The notes under the pieces: generated by a model
The model's database searches: none
What the model was told of the DNA's origin: nothing
What the model saw: the letters and a program-made list of their open reading frames with translations, nothing else
Program-made: the position numbers and the translations under genes
IMG/VR virus record: IMGVR_UViG_3300033109_000118
Span: 1 to 60,065 of that record
Reading direction: 5' to 3' (one strand)
Origin: a virus
Taxonomy: Duplodnaviria > Caudoviricetes
Length of the DNA stretch: 60,065 bases
Shown: positions 9,401 through 16,192 of the stretch, in pieces
Position numbering within the stretch: the stretch's first letter is position 1
Layout of the letters: every line of letters starts with the position of its first letter

Positions 9401-10681
9401 AGGCACTTCTCGGATGCCGGCGCGCACCAGGACGTCGGCGGCAGTGTGCTTGGCCTGTTCCGAGGCGCCGCGCGTCAGCAGCGTGCCCATGGCGCCGGCC
9501 ACCTTATCGAGTCCCGTGAATTTCTCGCCGATGGCTTCGAACGTGCCTTTGGGGATCGCGCCGGCCAGCGCCATGGCGGGGTCAAGGCCTGCATTCCTGG
9601 CGCGCTCGTATTCCTGGCCAGCCGTCATGACGGACAGCAACGGGATCACGGCCCGGGGCCCGAACGACGTCGCCATCATGGTGGACTGGCCAAGCGATGA
9701 CGCCGCGCCTTCGGCCATGTTGCCCAGGTAAGGCACCGGGCTCTTCGGGCCGAAGCCCGCCACGGGCCCGGCATCGCTCATTCCCTGCTCGAACTGATCG
9801 GCACCGGCGGACGTAGCCTGGCCGGCAGCCGTCAACTGCGGAATGCCGGTGAGGTCACCAGCCGATCGCAGCACGCCGCCCGCCCCTTTGGCGATACCGG
9901 ACACCGCCTTGAACGCGGCGCGCACCGGCATCGATGCGGCACGGATGGCGGCACCACGCTCGAACATCGGGTCGGCTGGCTTGTTTTCACCATCTGGGCG
10001 CATGACGGCGCCAGACCGGCCTTCGGTACCGGGAACCGGGTGGCTTTCGGCATAGTCGCGGCGCGACAGGCGCTGGGCTTCGGCGGGGTCGAACTTCGGC
10101 TCCGGCATCTGCACGCCTTCCAGCACCGATTCCCGGCGCGGATTGGCAACTGCCATGATTTGCTGGCCGAAGTCGGCGCCCGACGGATCAGTGACGCCAG
10201 CCGGTTGTTCAGTTGGTGTCTGAATTAGCTTGGCCTGATCGTTGTGCAACTGCTCGGCGTAGCGTGTCGCCGCCTCGGGTGTGGAAAACATGCCAAGGTG
10301 ACGACCAGTGCGCCGATAGGCTTGCACGGCTTCGTCATCGGTCATGATGCGGCCGTCTTCGCTCACCGTCGGAATCAGTACCTCTTTGCCGCCGATGTTG
10401 ACGCCCATGCTGCGCACGGTACTGATGCTGCCATCGCTATTTTTGACGCGAGGACGGTTGGTCAGGTCAATGTTTCCGGCTTCCAGCATGCCGTTATTGG
10501 ACGCACCCTTGGACGGACTTGATCCTGCTGCCTCTTCAAAGCTGAAGGTTTTCGCGGAAGTGGTCTTTGCCGCCGGTGCCGCGGCTTCCTCGAAGCTGAA
10601 CGTCACCGGTTTCGTGGCTGCAGCTGGTGCAGGTGCTGCAGGTGCTGCTGCCTCTTCAAAGCTGAAAGTCTCTTTTGCCAT
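455..10681 (-). CDS. Giant polyvalent virion/ejection protein (InPase, EEIQSDW domain, ADP-ribosyltransferase, zincin metallopeptidase, PRTase, LPD38-like C-terminus)
   Basis: 3408-aa ORF. Motifs: GNYQKGH..IAIENP..HYGY..DGDHVD..FDEHKVMLGF (InPase); FKRWFGDSKVVD..PLVVYRG (ART-PolyVal-like); HEAIGH (zincin); LLVDDTLTQGAT (PRPP-binding loop). Last gene of the late operon. Confidence 0.85.
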   Translation of the reverse strand: MAKETFSFEEAAAPAAPAPAAATKPVTFSFEEAAAPAAKTTSAKTFSFEEAAGSSPSKGASNNGMLEAGNIDLTNRPRVKNSDGSISTVRSMGVNIGGKEVLIPTVSEDGRIMTDDEAVQAYRRTGRHLGMFSTPEAATRYAEQLHNDQAKLIQTPTEQPAGVTDPSGADFGQQIMAVANPRRESVLEGVQMPEPKFDPAEAQRLSRRDYAESHPVPGTEGRSGAVMRPDGENKPADPMFERGAAIRAASMPVRAAFKAVSGIAKGAGGVLRSAGDLTGIPQLTAAGQATSAGADQFEQGMSDAGPVAGFGPKSPVPYLGNMAEGAASSLGQSTMMATSFGPRAVIPLLSVMTAGQEYERARNAGLDPAMALAGAIPKGTFEAIGEKFTGLDKVAGAMGTLLTRGASEQAKHTAADVLVRAGIREVPGEIITYLGQTATDLLPGIGLNPDLTMGQFLDGLRDTTVQAAMMGATFGSGGAVAKVDPRIKRLRDAGENEAADLLQKRQDQLNLQASVISELSGMQSDQTRSPEFQAGYIGLRADGTKPVEAAGRSALNAGFRQTATAAGMSEKAIAAALEASRKISLDKLPGFLQRYTQGLANRGAIQAPDAALGTLLEAARDDAMDSATQSLYGDTRQTIEAAQALESGQNQTPAVDNTAPQAMNSVAPSESVQAVDNIERILGQQTTRPDIDQAAHAAATSPLNDLPEPTQAQKEAGNYQKGHINLHGLDIAIENPQGSERRGVSPDGKEWSSTLASHYGYFKRTNGNDGDHVDTFIGPNPDSTKVFVVDQLNKDGSFDEHKVMLGFDSLEEADRGYHANYEPGWTGRGAITEVPLPAFKSWVRDGKKKEPISAIQFKTQEGGQGQGAAGTVTPEAPDAAAIAGNGVERDTAGAVQPAAAADLQPSADQHPAVELSGKTPAQLAAMERAAKRLRLPHTGSGPLSAHAFIAAEGGLSRSAMADTGFDANVRVGNRWLFAAQGKGLTLEQAAMKLAQAGYLATENESDAADLIRRSMTQPQYTAEGWQALAEAEHAARYEDHLAAQQEADTGADPLAPEGFTDAELEQSGYDDASPEVQAEVRALLATAEDQGIDAETVLENVAKTTENATQQAYYETAKRALETAIAAQPGSAGDQRPPAGSESPAPGQEQDPGQVSREPQQTPADAGVSVSGFTMEPRADGTLAVKGDAKAIREALSAIPAKLLVTMKGGILVGRTQAEKAQAILRGEKPKLTAREAAEAGERARQAEKKARQQAARAEFMAAPAGLSIGIMPSTAEAVTVRNGIVFIGDNEAIGYDSGEPVTVAAGASDQQIVDALKEAGALSRRQRVFGLAKTDSEGLTAPTREDVIAQQERADTAAELDQREQVRRESEAGSGQFSLTQEDGRQDTTGSLFDQPRKTNEQSAMARGAPVWRSALRDGVATIPAKTQGADGWRAQIQGLVNKGAVKVDEVEWSGVTDWLQMQTGKVTKEQVLDYLDGNGVQVEEVTLGGKDGERIYVDPDTGEEFPTTEKATKYESYTLPGGENYREVLLTLPVTDNRTAKSATSDGDVWRVELSDGTVREFSVSNADDKSEAERYAKDLDKATYKSNHWDQLNVLAHIRLNDRTGADGKRVLFVEEIQSDWGQEGKKKGFAPGAKEKAEIDAITREVDAAGGFDKAPKELQDRARAAGARLVESGIPQAPFVGKTDAWLNLALKRIITMAAQDGYDRVAFVNGTQSAERYDLSKQISKIRYADNNSGGAGWAEMSGKPSRGTLTAWNLNGKEVISKFISDPAKELPGLIGKDAAEKLLTSKASNERTDGGTYARTKELSGLDLKVGGEGMKAFYDQIVPSAVKKLLPKVGGGQMEAVTIDQTGEAADNWRKNWPDQPLKTLEQPGFTITPAMREKAAQGLPMFARGGQDQTDTPEFKRWFGDSKVVDAQGKPLVVYRGEHGGDGQPRTTLASYTFVDDPKVASTYAMSPNDTRNFLSADSPKVIPAFLSIQNPVIENRDDPFVEFSDLVKKLGRDVSIKFARKHADWIQNTGNWEENFADKYESVDALLDASPSAVSELYMDAYPLLDDFAFVGAAKDAGFDGAIHVGNGESMDAVEYKVFLPEQIKSATGNNGQFDASNADITLARGMDADAFRRAFSPPQAMSVAGAQKIIDELTATWENGPKFKAVASAKELPIVAPRDTRGWVSEKGTAYIVASNHVSRDAIAQTLAHEAIGHYGLWKILGKDGKAKFERNLQLALKTGNKPLTKIRDKVRRLYVDDTGKFNLSPAEEANEIAAFAVEEAVDPVTGEFTTGMSWLKQFWAQIADFLRGLGLPVKFTKAELHGLLVASMKGLQAGHRLDGGAEVLVAAARADKPVELPDVIVGNPLGAATGLPDYAAAKAGDVAAAVKVARALVGDKLVEQVRAAIGDTKPVIVPVVAEEAAGRNKIPLAAAEVLAARLGLDTETAVVQANRPHRTGMDGLDRLFSVPDFTGEIEAGRDYLLVDDTLTQGATFAALASHIQQAGGRVVGAVALTGKQYSATIQPSDKSLQQLREKHGDLETDFRAATGYGFDALTQSEARYLANYEPAQRLRDRIAEEGRRASQSRNSQAAGGLNGALARGTAATGGAIQSPPKSSQWRDTTGRAVFAPGQALYNLIGKAANPLLVKLQLKAASPELRRQLRQMKLDVQKAQDVAVAVAKESQKLTSAERLMVSDIIEKELAAGTVPPEHAVRLAAAMNTAMGEQSKELIRLGMLTPETAAQWDGRYLPRFYESKLRKQVGEAWADAARLIGLRPKSLKGIGGKHLKGRGLYETIPENQLANYEAMGWQVRDPDYTPSLPSVDGTVQVWRDFTRQERDAMGEIRDAGFRFVMGYMQTQRDIALGRMFEGMATNPETSSRLPRDGWVRVPDTTVEGTGAKRYGKLAGRYVPMETLSQLTNIEEAQSAAWRMYRSAMAVWKEGKTALNPVSHVNNVLSNLTMAHFAGIGYHRFDKYLGAMQDFVKAAPMVKEARDAGLFLGTMSDAELMNTLPPELKELAVKADSKTKKGAEAVYNAMTFWLRKPMGAAYQAEDTFFRYLIYRDARQRGTDPQDAVDYAQKYIFTYDDLPKGARMVRDFGIPFFAYTYKAVPALLNTALTRPDRFLAPAAVLWAANAAAYAIAAGDDDDSWMERLTKYLTDPEFRSKTREAEKLEREFLPPWMKGTTALMTPKAIRLGMDELTKLPVFIDTSRIIPGGDLFDVSPNAMGLPIPQPVTPSHPLFTTAVAMIGNKDLFFGKEIIDSNDTRAEAAEKRAAWIWKQVSPAIAVNNYHWERGMNALAQATGGELKWVPDFLGGDSTGIGKDGNPVQAKYAAMQTFGIKARPIDLETSEQIDNNMRNKMIRDIDAEIRKLQRLNAKGAIADRVLESEWEKALVKKERLREGLTVDGESRN
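10525..10666 (-). repeat. Triple FSFEEAA peptide repeat; 22-bp exact direct repeat
   Basis: CTGCTGCCTCTTCAAAGCTGAA at 10525-10546 and 10645-10666, with a degenerate third copy between them. Confidence 0.9.
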
Positions 10682-12015
10682 TACTGAGCCTCAAATGCAG
10701 TGCCGTTCCAGCGAGCTGGGCCGCGTGCCGTGTTGTAGACGGCGCCTTTTTTCAGTGCCGTCTTGCTGGTCGGCATGGCCTGTGGCTCTTCGGGTGTTGG
10801 TGCCGCGTCGGCTTTGGGTGGCTTTTTGCCGCCACCGGTCTGCGATCCCGACAACAGGCCCTGGTACATCGTGCGTTCTTCCTGGTAGCCCTTGATGCTG
10901 TCCTGCAGCTCCCGAAGTTGCTGCGCCTGCGGGCTCGTCGGGTCTTGTGCCTTCTTCGTGAACATGAAGTCACGCTGCAGCAGATTCAGGGCTTTCTGGG
11001 CTTCACCGAGTCGGCGGCCGGCATCAGTGAACAGGCTGGTGTAGCGGATCCGTTCTTCACGGTTCAGGTTGCCGCCGTTGGCAGCCTGTGCTGCCCCTTT
11101 GGCTTCAAGGGCTGCTGCCTTGGCGTCGAGCAGCAGGCCGCGGTTCTCGGTATCGGTGCCCTTGCGCAACAGTTCCAGGTTCTTTTCGTAGGGCATCAGC
11201 TGCATGCTGACATCGTGGCTGTTGTAGGTCTTCTCCACGACGTTGCCGTCGGGGCCCTGCAGCTTGACCTTGGCCGTGTAGGTCGGGATGGTGCCAATGC
11301 CCGGCAGTTCGCGGTCTTCGCGCGTCACCTCCGGCTGTCCGACCACCTTGTAGTCGCCGCCCTTGTTGAAGGCTTCCACCACGCCCTTGGCGTCGCCGGT
11401 ACGGAACTTGCGCACGGCCTCGAACACGCCTTCCTGATCCAGCTTGCGGGCATAGTCTCGCTGCTGCTGCGTGAAGGTGATTTCTTCGCGCTTGTTGCGC
11501 TGGGCTGCACTTTCCAAGGTCAGCGCCTTGGCGGGGTCCGTTGCCATGGTGGCGTCCACGACGCGCTGCAACTTGGCTTCACGGCTGTTCAGGCTGGCCA
11601 GGTCGGGCCTGTCGGTGCTGATCTGCGCTTTGCTGCCGGCGCTGACACCGAATCCTGGCTTGGCGTCTGCCAGGCTCACCGGCTTGGTGCCGGCCTGCTC
11701 TGCGCGCATTTCCGCCTCGATCTGGCGGTCCTGCTGCAGCTCCGGCGTTACCTTGGCCGGGTCGGCGTAGAACTCGCGCGTCTGGCCGCCGTCTACAACG
11801 GTACCTTCCTGGGCAGTGCGCGGCGCCACGGCGTCAGCCAGGGCGATACGTTCCTGCCGGCCGCGGTTGATGTCTTCCATGCGGGCATCGTGGAGATCCT
11901 GTTCCTGCTTGTCCTTTTTGTCCTGGCGCTTCTTGTTGTCGTCGTTGGCCTGGGCGGCCATATAGCCACCGCCAAGACCGGCGGCCAGTGCTAACAATGC
12001 ATTTCCGTTTGCCAT
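10681..12015 (-). CDS. Putative internal virion/ejection protein
   Basis: 444 aa with N-terminal ALAAGLGGGY segment and helical charged body; stop overlaps the start of the giant gene. Confidence 0.65.
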   Translation of the reverse strand: MANGNALLALAAGLGGGYMAAQANDDNKKRQDKKDKQEQDLHDARMEDINRGRQERIALADAVAPRTAQEGTVVDGGQTREFYADPAKVTPELQQDRQIEAEMRAEQAGTKPVSLADAKPGFGVSAGSKAQISTDRPDLASLNSREAKLQRVVDATMATDPAKALTLESAAQRNKREEITFTQQQRDYARKLDQEGVFEAVRKFRTGDAKGVVEAFNKGGDYKVVGQPEVTREDRELPGIGTIPTYTAKVKLQGPDGNVVEKTYNSHDVSMQLMPYEKNLELLRKGTDTENRGLLLDAKAAALEAKGAAQAANGGNLNREERIRYTSLFTDAGRRLGEAQKALNLLQRDFMFTKKAQDPTSPQAQQLRELQDSIKGYQEERTMYQGLLSGSQTGGGKKPPKADAAPTPEEPQAMPTSKTALKKGAVYNTARGPARWNGTAFEAQ

Positions 12016-12098
12016 GACTGCTCCTATCGGCCAAGATGCTGGCCGGTTTTCTGGGTTGCTTGCTTTATGATTTGGCCGTCACTTCACAGGAGGCCACT

Positions 12099-12320
12099 TT
12101 GAAACACTTGCTGGTGCTGATTTGCGTACTGATGACGGGTTGCGCTGCAAAGGTCGTCAGTTCAAGCCCGCGGACTGTGGTTGTCCGTGCTCCCGACACA
12201 TCCATTGCCGAATCTCAGAAACTGGCTGATGTCGAGTGCGCGAAGTATTCCCGCTATGCCAGGATGATCGCTAGACCAAGCCCGATGTCATCCGAATTTG
12301 TTTTCGACTGCGTGAACTGA
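12099..12320 (+). CDS. Small lipoprotein moron (possible superinfection exclusion)
   Basis: AGGAGG then TTG start at 12099; lipobox MTGC; antisense to the flanking ejection genes. Confidence 0.65.
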   Translation: MKHLLVLICVLMTGCAAKVVSSSPRTVVVRAPDTSIAESQKLADVECAKYSRYARMIARPSPMSSEFVFDCVN

Positions 12321-13535
12321 TCACGCGCGTTTTTTCGGCTTGGCGTCTTCCAGTCTCGCCAGGCGTTTCTCGATCTTTTGCTGTCCATCGGCCACTTGCT
12401 TGATGGCGGCCAGACCGACCTCGCTCATGCGTTCCATGTTCACCACTTTCCCTTGTGGCGCAACGTCCGGACCCATGACGCGCTTGACGTCCTGCGCCAT
12501 ATTGCCCTTGTGAGTCTTGCCGCCGTCGTCGGCTGGTGAACCCTTCTTGTAGCGCCACGATTCCGTGTCCGGCAGACGTTTAACCTGGTCAAGCGCCACC
12601 TTCCCACTGATCTTCTTGCGGTCGGTCTTCATCTTCTTGTCGGAGTACTTGAAGATGGCGGCACCACCTACTTGGCCGAGGCCGCCCATCAGCGCATTGG
12701 TCGTTGAATTGGCGGCATTGGTGGCGTCGGTCTGGGCGTTGTACTGGCCCAGCATGAGTTGGCCAGCCGAGTTGTTCCCCTGAATCGCCGTGTTGGCACC
12801 ACCCTGCACGATCTGATTGCCTTGTGCCGTGATGTTGCCGGTACTGGCCGCATTGCCCGTCGCCGAGTTGCCGGCGTTCAAGCCGAGTTGGGTCTGCGTG
12901 GCGTTTGTGGCGGCGATATTGCGGCCCAGGCTGGCGGCGTCGGCCAGTTTGGCGGCACCGATGGCCTCGACGTTCTTGCGCGCCTGGTTACCGGCGCCGG
13001 CTTTTACTGCGGCTTCCCGAACACTGGCATTGGCCAGGCTGGCAGCGACGTTGCCGGAGTTGATGTCGCCACCGCGTGACGCAATTTCCCGCAGCATGGT
13101 GGCGCGGCCGGCGTCTCCAGCTGTACCGACATCGGCTTGCGCCTGTGCGGCCTCGGCATCGCGGCGCGCCGTCGTGTCGTAGCCCAGCGCGTCGGCTGCC
13201 ATTTTCTGCTCGAGCGGCCGGAACGTGCCCTTGGTGTAGGCATAGGTCTCGTCGGCCATGTCGCTCTGCTTCTTGGCAGTGTCGGTCTGGGCGCGCGCCA
13301 TATCGAGCGCGATCTTCGTGGCCTCTGCCCGCTGTGGTGCCGTCTCGGCATAGAGCTGCTTCGTCCAGTCCAGATAGTCCTTGCTGATCTGGGCATTGGA
13401 CTGTGCGGCTTGGCCGATCAGCGGGTCCGGTGCTGGTGCACTGTTTCCGCCAAGGTCCAGGCAGCAGATACCGATGCCGGCCAGCCGGTCCTCGATGGCG
13501 GCCTCACGCTGCCGGATGGTCTTGTGTCGTGCCAT
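12321..13535 (-). CDS. Ejection/pilot protein with C-terminal peptidase S74 intramolecular chaperone domain
   Basis: GGNSAPAPDP N-terminal motif and Ala/Gly/Asn-rich body. C-terminal YSDKKMKTD..WRYK..HKGNMAQDV plus coiled coil. Confidence 0.75.
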   Translation of the reverse strand: MARHKTIRQREAAIEDRLAGIGICCLDLGGNSAPAPDPLIGQAAQSNAQISKDYLDWTKQLYAETAPQRAEATKIALDMARAQTDTAKKQSDMADETYAYTKGTFRPLEQKMAADALGYDTTARRDAEAAQAQADVGTAGDAGRATMLREIASRGGDINSGNVAASLANASVREAAVKAGAGNQARKNVEAIGAAKLADAASLGRNIAATNATQTQLGLNAGNSATGNAASTGNITAQGNQIVQGGANTAIQGNNSAGQLMLGQYNAQTDATNAANSTTNALMGGLGQVGGAAIFKYSDKKMKTDRKKISGKVALDQVKRLPDTESWRYKKGSPADDGGKTHKGNMAQDVKRVMGPDVAPQGKVVNMERMSEVGLAAIKQVADGQQKIEKRLARLEDAKPKKRA

Positions 13536-13980
13536 ATTTGGCCTCCATTTCGGTATCGAAGTGTTCGTAGGTGTCGGTCTGCAGCAGCAGTTTGAGAACT
13601 GGCGCCTGTTCCATGGCCCAGTCGATGCCGCCGATCAGTCTGGCCATGACCAAGGCAACGTCGCCGGCTTGATAGCGTGCCGTGTGCGCCAGTTGGCGCG
13701 GATGCCCTGCCGTCTTCTCCAGCTCGATCGACGCGATGTAGTTGAAAATTCCGGTCTCGAACACCGGAAGCAGCATGGACTCGTAGCGCTGGTAGAACGT
13801 ATTTGTCTTGAGCCCGACGAGAGCGAGCCAGAATGCCCGGTGGATCTGCTGCGGTGTGACCGGCTTGTCCTGGTCGATGAGGTCATCCCAGGTGTGCGAG
13901 ATTTCTCGGATCAGCAGCAACAGCTGGACGGCCTGCTCGTCGTTCTGGAAGCAGGCACGGAGTTTGTCGATGCCAGTCAT
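13504..13980 (-). CDS. Helical protein with DDxxD motif (isoprenoid synthase-like?)
   Basis: HTWDDLIDQD; overlaps both neighbouring genes. Confidence 0.6.
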   Translation of the reverse strand: MTGIDKLRACFQNDEQAVQLLLLIREISHTWDDLIDQDKPVTPQQIHRAFWLALVGLKTNTFYQRYESMLLPVFETGIFNYIASIELEKTAGHPRQLAHTARYQAGDVALVMARLIGGIDWAMEQAPVLKLLLQTDTYEHFDTEMEAKYGTTQDHPAA

Positions 13981-14171
13981 CCCTGAATCCTCGTCAGCAG
14001 TGCATTCAGTCGCGTGATGATTTCCGCCGTTGTCGCTGTCGACGGTAACGGAAGCAGCTTGGCGGCGTTTTTCTGCTGGCCCGTCATACTGTCCAGGTTC
14101 TGCTTGACGGCCTCGGCGAAGCCGTCGATCTGGGCATTGCCCGTGTTGAGAATCGGGATCGAAGCCTTCAT
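13977..14171 (-). CDS. Small putative virion protein
   Basis: 64 aa; ATGA overlaps with both neighbours. Confidence 0.65.
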   Translation of the reverse strand: MKASIPILNTGNAQIDGFAEAVKQNLDSMTGQQKNAAKLLPLPSTATTAEIITRLNALLTRIQG

Positions 14172-16192
14172 ACCATCGCCTGCTTGAGTTCGTCTACACC
14201 CTGGGCCATGGCCATGGAGTAGACCGGGATCGTGGTGGTGATCCGCATGGAAAACACGTCATGCTTGAAGCCGGCCGGCAACTTGAAGACATTGCTGTTC
14301 GTCAACTGCTTGGTGAAAACAGGCGTTCCGTTCTTGACCAGCGTGAACTGCACAGATCCTGGCGTCACCTGTGGTACCGGTGTCAGGGCTGAGCCGTTGA
14401 TACGGTACCGGCCGATGCGCGCCGAACCGATGGCACCGTTGATGTTGGCGGAATCCGCCAGCAACGCCACATTGGCATCGAGGATTGTGGTGTTCTCCGG
14501 CTTGATGTCCTCGTAGCGAGCCTGAACTTGGGCAACGCTGAAGTTCACGGGTCGGCCAAGCTGGTATTCGCGTGACTCCCAGTAAGCCATGTAGCGATTG
14601 TTGGCGTCGGCATCCCATTGGTAGATCTTGTTGCCTTTGCCAACGTACATCAGGCCATCCCATGGATTGGCGTAGATGGCATCGACCTGCTCGGTCACTT
14701 CGACGATGCTGTCTGGCTCACTGACGTCGAGCGACAGGATTCGGTCCTGCTCACCGGCGTCTGTCTGGTGCATGGCGTAGTAGCGTTTGTCAAAATACGC
14801 CGCCTTGAACGTGGCCGGGTACATCCGCTTCCACTCGTCGAACTTGAAGAGGTTCTCGGTGATGTTCCTGACACCGCTTGGCGTCGCCAGATAGAGCCCG
14901 TCATGGCTGGGATACAGGGCCCCGCCTCCGATGTCCACGACGCCGCGTTTCGCCAGGCACGGAGCCACGGTATCGCCGGGAATCTTGCCGACGCTGGCAG
15001 CCTCCGGCACCGTTGCCGTGGCCACGTAGGGGAAGCCGTCAGTCAGGATGAGAGCCGAATTTCCGGACGCACATAGCGCCACACCGGTGCCGGGGAAAGA
15101 ATAGCGATTGCTCAGCGGCCAAGAGTATGGCTTGCCCTGCTCGGATAGGCAGAGTTGATTTCCTGCCAGTCCCGCCATGGCGTTATTGGCCAGCAGGGTA
15201 AGGCTGTGCATGTTCTTCGGCGGCGGCAAGGTGTCCAGCGTCGTGATCGAAGCGTTGAGCGAAACCGTTGCAGCCGGAATCGTGTCGCTGTAGGACGTCG
15301 TTGCCGCCGCGATCTCGGCGACAAACTTGTAATCTGTATTCGTGCCCACCGAGCGGTAGATGCACTTCTTCATGTTCGTAGTGTTGTGTGGCGCCACGCG
15401 CGCCCAGGTATCGGCTCCGGCACTGTAGGTCTGCGTCGTCGTCAATGTCACCACGACCTTGTTGGTGGCGGCATCCACGCTGACCAGGGCAAAGGTGCCG
15501 TTGAGATCGGTCATGCCGCCGACACCGGCGAACGTGATTTCCTCGTAGGCGGCAAGTCCGAAGACAGTATCGAGAGTCACCTGCACCTGGCCTGCGGCTG
15601 GCGTGTCCTTGACGGCCGCCGATATCGTGCCGCTGTTCGGTGGCGCCGCATCCATGCCGGTGATGTCCCAGCTGCCGTCTACCTTTCCCGTCTTCAAGGT
15701 TGCCGGGCTTGGCCCGGACTCTTCGCCAAATCTGGTCTTGAAGGTGTAGACGTAGGCGCGGTCCTCATTGGTGCCGACGCCACCGGTGACCGCGATCGAC
15801 ATGGCCGTGACTGGTGGCGTCACGCCCAGCACGTACCAGGCCATTGGATACGGTCCACCGCCTGAAATGGCGTCGGCATAGGTGCTCATTCGGGGTTCAC
15901 CATCCCCGGTGTAATAGAAGCGCCCCAGGGAATCCTGTGCCACCGGAGAGCGTGACACGTCGATGGTCTTGCCTGACACCAGCCAGTTGTAGGTGTCGTT
16001 GTACCGGTAGCGGTACATGGTGGCAATTGCCGACGCCAGAGACGTGTGGACAAGCCCCAGGCCGTTTATGGGGTCAATGCGCCCCGACGTGATCTTGCAG
16101 TTCTGGGCGCGCTGAGCCTGGTTGTCCTGCAGCAGGCGTTCCGACGCGCGCGGCACCTCGCCGCGGAAAGCGCGGATGGCGATGCCGGTCAT
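14168..16192 (-). CDS. Tail tubular/nozzle (stabilisation) protein
   Basis: 674 aa, beta-rich, N-terminal FRGEVPR motif; position between tail fibre and ejection genes. Confidence 0.7.
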   Translation of the reverse strand: MTGIAIRAFRGEVPRASERLLQDNQAQRAQNCKITSGRIDPINGLGLVHTSLASAIATMYRYRYNDTYNWLVSGKTIDVSRSPVAQDSLGRFYYTGDGEPRMSTYADAISGGGPYPMAWYVLGVTPPVTAMSIAVTGGVGTNEDRAYVYTFKTRFGEESGPSPATLKTGKVDGSWDITGMDAAPPNSGTISAAVKDTPAAGQVQVTLDTVFGLAAYEEITFAGVGGMTDLNGTFALVSVDAATNKVVVTLTTTQTYSAGADTWARVAPHNTTNMKKCIYRSVGTNTDYKFVAEIAAATTSYSDTIPAATVSLNASITTLDTLPPPKNMHSLTLLANNAMAGLAGNQLCLSEQGKPYSWPLSNRYSFPGTGVALCASGNSALILTDGFPYVATATVPEAASVGKIPGDTVAPCLAKRGVVDIGGGALYPSHDGLYLATPSGVRNITENLFKFDEWKRMYPATFKAAYFDKRYYAMHQTDAGEQDRILSLDVSEPDSIVEVTEQVDAIYANPWDGLMYVGKGNKIYQWDADANNRYMAYWESREYQLGRPVNFSVAQVQARYEDIKPENTTILDANVALLADSANINGAIGSARIGRYRINGSALTPVPQVTPGSVQFTLVKNGTPVFTKQLTNSNVFKLPAGFKHDVFSMRITTTIPVYSMAMAQGVDELKQAMV

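Noticed and set aside
455-10681. DarB-type methylase-helicase
   Set aside because: No NPPF/Y or SNF2 helicase motifs found in the translation.
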